Positions 20,510 to 30,703 of a DNA stretch of 64,000 bases are shown here, one piece after another. Each line of letters starts with the position of its first letter. The first letter of the stretch is position 1. This DNA comes from Aggregatilineales bacterium (lineage in GTDB: Bacteria; Chloroflexota; Anaerolineae; Aggregatilineales; Phototrophicaceae): assembly GCA_963662925.1 (NCBI GenBank), contig OY759986.1, forward strand, positions 2,763,729 to 2,827,728, written 5' to 3'. The notes under the pieces are model-generated. The model searched no databases and was not told the origin of the DNA. It saw only the letters and a list, made by a program, of their open reading frames with translations. The position numbers and the translations under genes were made by a program.

Positions 20510-21802
20510 CTAGCGGGCGTAATCGTCGCCGAAGGTCTGCGCCAGCAGGATCGGCAGCCGCTCCACGCGCGGCACCAGCACCTGCTGCTGATAGGCTTCG
20601 GTGACGTATTCCTCCAGGTACTGGAAGTCCATCACGCGCATGGTGATGTCGGCGAAGTCGATGTCCTTCACCAGCAGCGCCAGTTGCACGATCTGCTCAA
20701 GATCGAGCCCGGTCTGCACGTGTTCGCCGAGCGCCGCGAGCAGGGCCGGCGCCTGGGCTATCAAGCGGATGATATCCAGGCTCAGCACGCGATCGCGTAT
20801 CGCATACAGGACCATCTGCTGGCGTTCCGCGCGCCGCACGTCGTTGTTGCCGTGCCGCGTCCGGGCGAAGCGCAGGGTGTCGCGCCCGTCCAGCAGGTGC
20901 GCGCCCGCCGGCAGATAAAAGGGATCGTAGCCGTAATTCATATCCGGGTAGCGCTCGTCGGCGATGTCGTAATCGATGCTGACTTCAATGCCGCCGAGAT
21001 GATCGACGATGTCGATGACCGCCTGAAAATCGACCAGGATATAATTATGAACGCGCATGCCCAGGTTCCAGCTCACGGTCTGCTGCAAGAGTCGCGGTCC
21101 AAAACCGGTGGCGCGGCTCTCGCCGAGGAAATAGGCGCGGTTGACGCGGTCGCGCGCTTCCTGTTCGGGGATGCGCACCCACAGATCGCGCGGAATGCTG
21201 AGTATGCCGACCTGGCCGCGCGCCGGGTCGATGCTTACGAGCATCAGGCTGTCGGTTCTGACCGGCTCGCCAGTTTGATCGGGGCGGCTGTCCAAACCGC
21301 CGATGATAATGGTGTATCGAGACTGCCCGTCCCAGGGGATCAATTCGATCAGGCTGCCGTTATCCAGCTGCAGGACGTCGACGCCAACGCGGCGGCCATC
21401 GGCGATGAATTCGCTGCGCGCGTCGACTGGCGTCGGCAGAGCGAGCCTCAAGTCGGCGGTCGGCATCACGACTTGGATCGACTGCGGCACGCGAACCAGC
21501 ACGATCAGCGCCAGCGCGAGAAAGGCAAAGACAGAAATCATGCCGCCTGCTAAGATGACCCAGGCCCATTCATTGCGCCGGCGCCGTTGATTGGCGCGGC
21601 TCTGGCGGAAGCGGGCGCGGGAAGCGGCCCCTGCGGGCGCGGGCGCTCCGTGCTGGCTCTTGAGGAACTCGGCGGTGCTGTAGGCTGGCGCTTCATGGAG
21701 CTGCGGCGGTGGCGCTGGCGCGGCGACGCCAGGCGCGACGTTCACGACGCCAATCCGGGATCGTGAGGCGACGCGTCTTTTGTCGGCAGGCTTATGCGAC
21801 AT
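20510..21802 (-). CDS. LytR-CpsA-Psr (LCP) family cell-envelope phosphotransferase
   Basis: 430 aa with a cytoplasmic tail, one TM segment (WAWVILAGGMISVFAFLALALIVLV) and an LCP core (IIIGGLDSR...RTDSLMLVSIDP...ILSIPRDLWV). Confidence 0.85.
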   Translation of the reverse strand: MSHKPADKRRVASRSRIGVVNVAPGVAAPAPPPQLHEAPAYSTAEFLKSQHGAPAPAGAASRARFRQSRANQRRRRNEWAWVILAGGMISVFAFLALALIVLVRVPQSIQVVMPTADLRLALPTPVDARSEFIADGRRVGVDVLQLDNGSLIELIPWDGQSRYTIIIGGLDSRPDQTGEPVRTDSLMLVSIDPARGQVGILSIPRDLWVRIPEQEARDRVNRAYFLGESRATGFGPRLLQQTVSWNLGMRVHNYILVDFQAVIDIVDHLGGIEVSIDYDIADERYPDMNYGYDPFYLPAGAHLLDGRDTLRFARTRHGNNDVRRAERQQMVLYAIRDRVLSLDIIRLIAQAPALLAALGEHVQTGLDLEQIVQLALLVKDIDFADITMRVMDFQYLEEYVTEAYQQQVLVPRVERLPILLAQTFGDDYAR

Positions 21803-21864
21803 GGCGCTTTGATTCCGGCAGGCGGCGCTTCAACTCTAGCTGACAGTATAGGGGTGGTCACGGA

Positions 21865-22683
21865 ATGCGGCAAATGCGCGCCCTGCGAGATTGCGTCTTT
21901 CGCGATGGCGCCTGCAACATGGCGATCGACAGCGCCATACTTGAGGCGGTCGCGGCCCGCGACGAGCCGCCGACCCTGCGCCTCTATGGCTGGGCGCCAT
22001 TTTGCCTGTCGCTGGGGTATGGCCAGCGCAGCCGAGACGTCGATGTGGCGGCGCTCAAAGCGCGCGGCTGGAGCCTGACGCGGCGGCCGACCGGCGGCAA
22101 GGCGATTCTGCATGGCGACGAGCTCACCTACAGCCTGTGCCTGCCGCTGGATCACCCCTTGGCCCGCGGCGATGTGATCACAAGTTATCGTCGGCTAAGC
22201 GTCGGTTTGCTGGCGGCGCTGCAATGCCTGGGCGTGGCGGCGGATGCCCGGCCTCAAGGCGCGAGCCCGCGATACGCCGATCTTGGACCAGTCTGTTTCG
22301 AAATGCCCTCGCATTATGAAATCAGCGTGGGCGGGCGGAAGCTGATCGGCAGCGCCCAGCTTCGGCGTCGGGGCGGCTTGCTGCAGCATGGCGCGCTGCC
22401 TCTCCGTGGCGATCTCGGGCGAATCTGCGACGTGCTGGCCTACGACAGTGAAGAGACGCGGTCGGCGCAGAAGGCTAGCCTGCGCCAAAAGGCGGCGACG
22501 CTCGCGCAAGTCTCGGGCGCGGCCTCCACCTGGTCGCGGGTGGCGGAGGCCATGGCGGCCGGCTTCGCGCGCGCCTTTGATCTGGACTTGATTCCTGGCT
22601 CGCTCTCGACCGCAGAGATCGAGCGCGCCGATGCCCTTCTGGCAGAGCGCTTCGCCAACCCCGCCTGGACCTTCAAGCGCTAG
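21865..22683 (+). CDS. Lipoate-protein ligase / octanoyltransferase (LplA/LipM family)
   Basis: BPL/LplA/LipB catalytic-domain strings are present: NMAIDSAILEAV, LRLYGW, RRPTGGKAILH. The start could instead be 21874. Confidence 0.8.
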   Translation: MRQMRALRDCVFRDGACNMAIDSAILEAVAARDEPPTLRLYGWAPFCLSLGYGQRSRDVDVAALKARGWSLTRRPTGGKAILHGDELTYSLCLPLDHPLARGDVITSYRRLSVGLLAALQCLGVAADARPQGASPRYADLGPVCFEMPSHYEISVGGRKLIGSAQLRRRGGLLQHGALPLRGDLGRICDVLAYDSEETRSAQKASLRQKAATLAQVSGAASTWSRVAEAMAAGFARAFDLDLIPGSLSTAEIERADALLAERFANPAWTFKR

Positions 22684-22711
22684 CCCTGATGGAAGGTGTT
22701 TTGAGCGCCGC

Positions 22712-23641
22712 ATGACTCGCCAACTGCCGCTTTTCGCCGCCGCGCCGCAATCCCTTCGCGATATCGACGCCCGAAGCGCCGTCGCCGCCACCTTCGCGCT
22801 TTTTGCCGAGCGCCTGCGCGCTGAAGGCAAATCGCCCCATACGATACAGGCCTTCCTCGGCGACCTGCGCCTGCTGACCGAATTTACGGGCCACCGTCTG
22901 CAAGTCCGCGAGCTGAATCGGGCGCGTCTGGTCGGCTTCCTCGAATGGATGGAGCGCGATCGCGGCGTCCCTTGCAGCCGGAAGACCTACGCCCGGCGCG
23001 TCACGACTCTGAAAGTCTACTGTAAATGGCTCTGCGAAATTGGCGCGCTGGCCAACGATCCTGCAGAGTCGATTCGGCAGCGGTCGGGGCCCGCGCCGCT
23101 CTCGGAGGTTTTGAGCGACGGGCAGGTCCGCGCTTGCCTGGCCGCCGCCCGCGAGATGAAGCGTGGCGCATCGCAGGATTATCGCCCGGAGTGCCTCTTT
23201 CGGCTGCTGCTTGGCGCTGGAGTCAAGAAAGCGGAATGCGGGCGGCTGCGGCTGCGCGATATCGAGCGCGACGATGCGGGTGGCGCAAAGCTTTACATCC
23301 GGCATAAGGCGCGCGACATTTACAAAGAGAGGCGCATCGCCCTGGACGAGGCGGCCGCGTGGCTGCTGGATTGCTATCTGCGGCAGTATAATGTGGATGA
23401 CGAGCTCTTCGATTGCACGACCCGCAACCTGGAATACATCTTGACAGATATCGGCGCGCGAGCCGGCACGCCATTCAAGCTGTCCTTCGAGATCATGCGT
23501 TGGACGATGGCGGCCCGGGAGTTTGCCGCGGGCGTCGATGAAGAGCGCATACGCGAAAAACTGGGTCTGAGCCGGCAAAGCTGGTACGAAACCGGCGACA
23601 AGGTCCGGCGGCTGGCGAACCGGCTCCAAGACGATGTCTAG
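22712..23641 (+). CDS. Tyrosine recombinase (phage-integrase family)-like protein, divergent
   Basis: SAM-like N domain (SPHTIQAFLGDLRLLTEF..) plus a C-terminal catalytic-type domain. Start trimmed to MTRQLPLF. The canonical active-site motifs look altered by eye (see findings). Confidence 0.65.
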   Translation: MTRQLPLFAAAPQSLRDIDARSAVAATFALFAERLRAEGKSPHTIQAFLGDLRLLTEFTGHRLQVRELNRARLVGFLEWMERDRGVPCSRKTYARRVTTLKVYCKWLCEIGALANDPAESIRQRSGPAPLSEVLSDGQVRACLAAAREMKRGASQDYRPECLFRLLLGAGVKKAECGRLRLRDIERDDAGGAKLYIRHKARDIYKERRIALDEAAAWLLDCYLRQYNVDDELFDCTTRNLEYILTDIGARAGTPFKLSFEIMRWTMAAREFAAGVDEERIREKLGLSRQSWYETGDKVRRLANRLQDDV

Positions 23642-23654
23642 GGGCGAGACGCCC

Positions 23655-23741
23655 TGCGACCGCCCACGCAAAAGACCTTGCGGCTCGCAACGTCAACTCC
23701 CCTTCTCTAGCTTGCTGGGACAAGGGGCCGGGGGATGGGGT
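23655..23741 (+). repeat. Family B composite repeat (5'-truncated copy)
   Basis: CTGCGACCGCCCACGCAAAAGACCTTGCGGCTCGCA...CTCCCCTTCTCTAGCTTGCTGGGACAAGGGGCCGGGGGATGGGGT matches 36391-36477 and 49125-49213. Confidence 0.7.
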
Positions 23742-23752
23742 TAGGTATGGTT

Positions 23753-23779
23753 GCGGGCTTGCCAAGGCAAGCCCCTACA
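23753..23779 (-). repeat. Family A REP-like unit (variant stem GGGCTTGCC/GGCAAGCCC)
   Basis: GCGGGCTTGCCAAGGCAAGCCCCTACA has the same GTAG-plus-palindrome architecture on the minus strand. Confidence 0.55.
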
Positions 23780-23857
23780 GGCGCCATTTTGGAGGGGCGG
23801 AGGGATGGGGTGTTGCGCTCGCAACGTCAACAGCGGCGAGACGCCGCCTCACCCGCA

Positions 23858-26805
<2,948 letters not shown>

Positions 26806-26822
26806 GCTCGCGCCTCGCCGAA

Positions 26823-28574
26823 TCAGGCAGGGTTGCGGAGCCACTGGCGGAAGCGCGCGAAGGGCCAGGCGTTGACCACGTGCCGCGCTTCCACCCAGCC
26901 GCGCCGCGCGTTGCTGATGCCGAAGTCCATCAGATCCAGATGCGCCACCTGGTGAGCGTCGGTGTTGACCGCCAGCGGGACGCCCATGTCTTTCGCCAGG
27001 CGCGCCAGCTCCGGCTTGAGATCGAGCCGCAGCGGATTGGCGTTGATTTCCAGAATCGTATCGTTTTCCCTGGCGGCCGCCAGCACGGCGTCCCAGTCGG
27101 CGTCGACCTCGTCGCGATTGGGGAATTGCCGCGCGGAGGGATGCCCGATCATGTGGACGTAGGGGCTGCGGATGGCGTTCAGCAGGCGCGCCGTCACCTG
27201 GTCGCGCTTCTGGCTCAAGCCCGAATGCAGGCTGGCGATGACAAAGTCCAGCTGCGCCAGCACGTCATCGGGGTAATCCAGGCTGCCATCGGCTTTGATG
27301 TCCATTTCCGTGCCGGCTAGCACTTGAATTGCGTCGCCCGTCTCGGCATTGAGCCGCCGAACCTCGTCGGCCTGCGCCAGCAAACGCTCGATGGAGAGAC
27401 CATTGGCGATGCCGAGGCTGCGCGAGTGATCGGTGATGACGATGTATTGAAGACCGCGGGCCACGCAAGCGTCGACCATCTCGCGGATCGTGTTCTTGCC
27501 ATCGCTCCAGGTCGTGTGCATGTGCAGGTCGGCGACGATGTCCGCGCGGGTGATGAGCCGGGGCAGGGCATTTTCGCGCGCCGCTTCGATTTCGCCGCTG
27601 TCCTCGCGCAGCTCCGGCGGCACGTATTGCATGCCCAGGGTCTCGTAGACTTTTTCTTCGCAGTCGCAGAGGATCTTCGCGGCCGATTCGATGATCGTCT
27701 TGTTTTCATCAACCGGGCTGAGGGCATGTTCGTTGAGGCTGAGCCCTTGATCGAGGGCGATTTGCCGCATTTTGACGTTGTGCGCCAGGCTGCCGGTGAA
27801 GTAGGCGAGCGCCGTGCCCCAGCGCGCTTTCGCCAGCACGCGCGCATCGACTTGCAAGCCCGAGAGCAGCTCCACCGAGCTCTTGGTCGGTCCATGCCCG
27901 AGAACGCGGGCGACATTTTCCATTGTGACGAAGCGCTGCATGATTGGCCGCGAGTCGTCGGCGGCGATTAAAATGTCGACATCGCCAATGGTCTCGCGTC
28001 CGCGGCGGATGCTGCCGGCCAGCGCGCCTGCCTGCGCTTCGGGCAATGCCAGCAGCAAATCAAGAATCGCCTGGGCGGCGGGCAAGGCGTCGCCGATATT
28101 CGTTCTGCCCGTCTGCCGCGCGAGCGCCTCGATGCCATCGAGGATTTTCTGCTGGCTTTTCTTTCCCATGCCGGGCAGGGCGGCCAGCTTGTCGTTTTCC
28201 GCGGCGATCTTCAGGGCGTCGACCGCGGTGATATCGAGCTGCTGCCAGAAGAGCTTGGCTTTCTTGGGTCCGACGCCGTTGATGCGCATGACGTCAACCA
28301 AGCCCTCCGGGATCTCGGCTTTGAGCCGGTTGTAGAAGTCGAGCTCGCCGGTCGTCAGCATTTCGTCGATTTTGGCGGCGATGGTTTTGCCGATGTATTG
28401 CAGCTCGGTCAGCCCGCCTTCGCTGGAAATGACGCGCAGGTCGCGCGGGACGGCGCGGATGGTCTCCGAGGCGCGGCGATACGAGAGGACGCGGTGAATA
28501 TTGTCGCCGCGGATCTGCAGCATATCGGCGCAGCGGGCGAAGATCTCGGCGATATCGCGGTTGCTGAGGCTCAC
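26823..28574 (-). CDS. polX: Family X DNA polymerase with C-terminal PHP domain (PolX)
   Basis: 583 aa with N-terminal HhH/8-kDa-like and Pol-beta nucleotidyltransferase regions (GSIRRGRETIGDVDIL). The PHP motifs are HMHTTWSDG and ITDHS. Confidence 0.9.
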   Translation of the reverse strand: MSLSNRDIAEIFARCADMLQIRGDNIHRVLSYRRASETIRAVPRDLRVISSEGGLTELQYIGKTIAAKIDEMLTTGELDFYNRLKAEIPEGLVDVMRINGVGPKKAKLFWQQLDITAVDALKIAAENDKLAALPGMGKKSQQKILDGIEALARQTGRTNIGDALPAAQAILDLLLALPEAQAGALAGSIRRGRETIGDVDILIAADDSRPIMQRFVTMENVARVLGHGPTKSSVELLSGLQVDARVLAKARWGTALAYFTGSLAHNVKMRQIALDQGLSLNEHALSPVDENKTIIESAAKILCDCEEKVYETLGMQYVPPELREDSGEIEAARENALPRLITRADIVADLHMHTTWSDGKNTIREMVDACVARGLQYIVITDHSRSLGIANGLSIERLLAQADEVRRLNAETGDAIQVLAGTEMDIKADGSLDYPDDVLAQLDFVIASLHSGLSQKRDQVTARLLNAIRSPYVHMIGHPSARQFPNRDEVDADWDAVLAAARENDTILEINANPLRLDLKPELARLAKDMGVPLAVNTDAHQVAHLDLMDFGISNARRGWVEARHVVNAWPFARFRQWLRNPA

Positions 28575-28722
28575 GCTGGGCTCCTTGCGTCTCGGATGGG
28601 CGCTTGATTATAGCCGAATGCGTCATCAAGACACAGAGGCACAGCGATTTCTCTGCGCCCTCTGCGTTCTCTGCGATTGATGAAGCTCTTTGGGCGATTC
28701 ACAGAATCGCCAGCCATCAAAG

Positions 28723-28794
28723 CACCCCCCTCGGCCCCCCCATGGCAATGGGGGGAGGTTTGCGTCGCGGGAGGGCGCGAATGGGATTTGGCGG
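28723..28794 (+). repeat. Left copy of a ~72-bp direct repeat (CACCCCCCTCGG.CCCCCAT.GCAATGGGGGGAGGTTTGCGTCGCGGG...GGGATTTG)
   Basis: Matches 30197-30270 at most positions by eye. Contains the hairpin CCCCCCAT-GGCA-ATGGGGGG. Confidence 0.7.
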
Positions 28795-29086
28795 TGGCTG
28801 GCGACCTGGTAGGTCGCCCCTACACGCACGGGAGCGGCGAATGGGATTTGCGGGCGGCGTGGTAGGTCGCCCCTACACGCACGGGGGCGGCGAATGGGAT
28901 TTGCGGGCGGCGTGGTAGGTCGCCCCTACAGAGGGCCTGATTATTGGGATTTGCGGGCGACCTGGTAGGTCGCCCCTACACGCACGGGGGCGGGATTGGG
29001 ATTTGGCGGGCGGCGTGGTAGGTCGCCCCTAAAGATGTCCTGTTTTTTGGGATTTGCGTGGGCGGGCGACGTGGCAGGTCGCGCAA
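28779..29086 (-). repeat. Tandem array of six 50-60-bp units, each carrying a Family A REP-like hairpin
   Basis: The GGGATTT landmark recurs at 28783, 28843, 28896, 28946, 28998 and 29049. Each unit contains GCGGGCG..GTAGGTCGCCCCTACA, and the linkers are also conserved (ACGCACGGG.GCGGCGAAT). Confidence 0.85.
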
Positions 29087-29115
29087 AGAGAGTCGGCGCC
29101 TGCAGATGGGATGTT

Positions 29116-29144
29116 TTGCATCCGAGACAGTAACGCGCTAGACT
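29116..29144 (+). promoter_or_regulatory. Sigma70-type promoter (TTGCAT-N17-TAGACT) for the secreted-protein gene
   Basis: Hexamers at 29116-29121 and 29139-29144 with a 17-nt spacer. The ATG lies 32 nt downstream. Confidence 0.45.
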
Positions 29145-29175
29145 GTCCCATAAGCCAGCCACCCGGAGTTCCGCC

Positions 29176-30075
29176 ATGCCCCGCGCTTTGATTTTGATTT
29201 GCCTCTTTCTGTGCCTCGCGCTCGCGCAAGCCCAAGCCAACGACAGCAGCGAATCCAACGAAACCAGCGAAACCGGCGACACGCCCGCTCCTCCCGCGAT
29301 CCTCGCCTTGGAATTCCGCACCTACGAACTCGGCTGGATCCGCTTCCGCAATGTCGACGCCGACGGCAATCCCAAGCTCGCGGCTGACGCCGACATCAAA
29401 TTCCCCTTCCAGCGAATCAACAACGGGGCGACCCGCCTGCGCCTGGACGACCTCGACGCCGAGACTATCGCCGCGCTCATCGACACGCACGACATCGCCT
29501 GGGACGCGGACGCGATTGACGGCAAATGCGACCCGAACAAGCTGCCCGGCGCGCGAGCCGACCTCTTCTGCGTGCCTGGCACGAAGGGCATGGCGCAGGG
29601 GCAGATTTTCCTGGCGCTCTTTGATAGCGATTCCGAGAGCCTGCTCGCCATCACCGAGAGCATCGACAACAATGCCGGCGGCGCGCTGAGAGACTGGTCG
29701 CCAACGCCCGAACCGGCGGCGGAAGCGGCGGCCGGCTGCGGGCCTTACGCGGAGGGGCAGTGGATTCCCGCGAGCGTCGATGTCTCCGGGCATGGCTTGC
29801 CGATTGTGGATGAGAAGGCGAACGTCACCGATTATCAGTGCGTCGTGGCGGCGGACGGCTCGGCCTACTTCCAGGCGCACCACTTCGCGAATGGCGGCGG
29901 CGGCGCGAATGGCGGCGGCAATGGCGGCGGGGCGAATGGCAGTGGCGGCGGGGGAAGCTACGATGATGGCGGAGATCGGCGCGGGTCGGACGAAGACAGA
30001 AGCATCATCATCGTCCCAACCGAAGAGCCCTGCACGGATCCTTTCGGCTGCGACACCGGTGATGGCGACGAATAG
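29176..30075 (+). CDS. Secreted hypothetical protein (299 aa) with Gly/Asn-rich tract and acidic Cys-containing tail
   Basis: Signal peptide MPRALILICLFLCLALAQAQA|ND. Third codon positions are strongly G/C on this strand. It has its own promoter. No family recognised. Confidence 0.65.
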   Translation: MPRALILICLFLCLALAQAQANDSSESNETSETGDTPAPPAILALEFRTYELGWIRFRNVDADGNPKLAADADIKFPFQRINNGATRLRLDDLDAETIAALIDTHDIAWDADAIDGKCDPNKLPGARADLFCVPGTKGMAQGQIFLALFDSDSESLLAITESIDNNAGGALRDWSPTPEPAAEAAAGCGPYAEGQWIPASVDVSGHGLPIVDEKANVTDYQCVVAADGSAYFQAHHFANGGGGANGGGNGGGANGSGGGGSYDDGGDRRGSDEDRSIIIVPTEEPCTDPFGCDTGDGDE

Positions 30076-30122
30076 CGCCCCCCGCCCCGCCGGCGCTTCC
30101 GCCATCCGCCACAATCGCGAGC

Positions 30123-30150
30123 TGTAGGGGCGAGATATCATGTCGCCCGC
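30123..30150 (+). repeat. Family A REP-like unit
   Basis: The unit reads TGTAGGGGCGAGATATCATGTCGCCCGC. Confidence 0.7.
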
Positions 30151-30196
30151 AAATCACAGCATCGTGTTTTCCGTAGGTGCGCGCCACTGGGTCGCC

Positions 30197-30289
30197 CACC
30201 CCCCTCGGTCCCCCCATAGCAATGGGGGGAGGTTTGCGTCGCGGGGGCGGGGATTGGGATTTGCGGGCGACATGGCATATCGCCCCTAC
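30197..30289 (+). repeat. Right copy of the ~72-bp direct repeat, followed by one Family A unit (minus orientation)
   Basis: CACCCCCCTCGGTCCCCCCATAGCAATGGGGGGAGGTTTGCGTCGCGGGGGCGGGGATTGGGATTTGCGGGCGACATGGCATATCGCCCCTAC has the same order of parts as 28723-28825. Confidence 0.7.
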
Positions 30290-30365
30290 CTCGCGTTGGT
30301 AAATGCGTGACTCGCCTCCCCCTGACTTGTCGGCGGGGGCCCCGAGGGGGGTGATTAATTGCCGC

Positions 30366-30394
30366 TTGACATCCTCGCGCAAAGCCGCTACGCT
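30366..30394 (+). promoter_or_regulatory. Sigma70-type promoter of the trp operon (TTGACA-N17-TACGCT)
   Basis: -35 at 30366-30371, a 17-nt spacer, and -10 at 30389-30394, directly upstream of the T-box leader. Confidence 0.55.
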
Positions 30395-30414
30395 AGCCTT
30401 ACAACTGAATAGCT

Positions 30415-30690
30415 TCAACGACTGTGATCCAGAATAGTACGCGTCATCGTGCAGGCCAGAGAGTCGCCGGCTGCTGAAAAGGCGATACACGCAGGGACGC
30501 CGAATGGGCTGGGGAGTCGCGCAGGCGAACGGGAAACCCATTAGCTTGCGCCGGGCAGCGCCCCGTAAACAGCGCGGGATATCGGCTGCGCGCCTGTATC
30601 CGCAAAGTGGCTTGCGATTGCAGGCAATCAAGGTGGCACCGCGGGAACCCTTCTCGTCCTTGACCGGATGATTTGGGTTCTTTTGATTTA
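30415..30690 (+). promoter_or_regulatory. T-box riboswitch leader, specifier UGG (tRNA-Trp)
   Basis: Stem I base CGACT(30419)/AGTCG(30515) has a GA/K-turn-like bulge. AGTA is at 30436, the AGAGAG bulge at 30458, and the specifier loop reads GAA-TGG-G with TGG at 30505-30507. The T-box sequence AATCAAGGTGGCACCGCG is at 30626-30643, followed by a terminator. Confidence 0.85.
30643..30689 (+). terminator. T-box-controlled intrinsic terminator
   Basis: GGGAACCC/GGGTTC(T) outer helix plus TCGTCC/GGATGA inner helix, followed by TTTTGATTT. The 5' arm overlaps the 3' end of the T-box sequence, as expected for antiterminator/terminator competition. Confidence 0.7.
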
Positions 30691-30703
30691 CCGGGAGGCG
30701 ACC

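Noticed and set aside
20196-20513. 105-aa plus-strand ORF in the AT-richer gap as a protein-coding gene.
   Set aside because: It has no RBS, and its Cys/Arg/Ser-rich composition is unlike neighbouring proteins. It starts upstream of the predicted promoter and reads through the terminator hairpin. Treated as non-coding.
22712-23641. Integrase-family gene as a marker of a prophage, integrative element or genomic island.
   Set aside because: There are no phage, conjugation or cargo genes, no flanking direct repeats attributable to att sites, and no adjacent tRNA. The neighbours are housekeeping genes (lipoate ligase, ligA) with the same composition.
28779-29086. Possible CRISPR array here, and likewise at 41894-42038 and 60926-61253.
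   Set aside because: The sequences between the hairpins are themselves conserved or absent: the period is 29 bp with no spacers at 41.9 kb, and the linkers are conserved at 28.8 kb. There are no unique spacers and no cas genes in the window. The same unit also occurs singly all over the window, so these are REP-like tandem arrays.
29029-30141. A 370-aa minus-strand ORF covering the secreted-protein locus.
   Set aside because: The plus-strand frame has a promoter, a clean signal peptide and strong third-position G/C bias. The minus frame is Ala/Arg-rich, starts inside the repeat array and has no start context.
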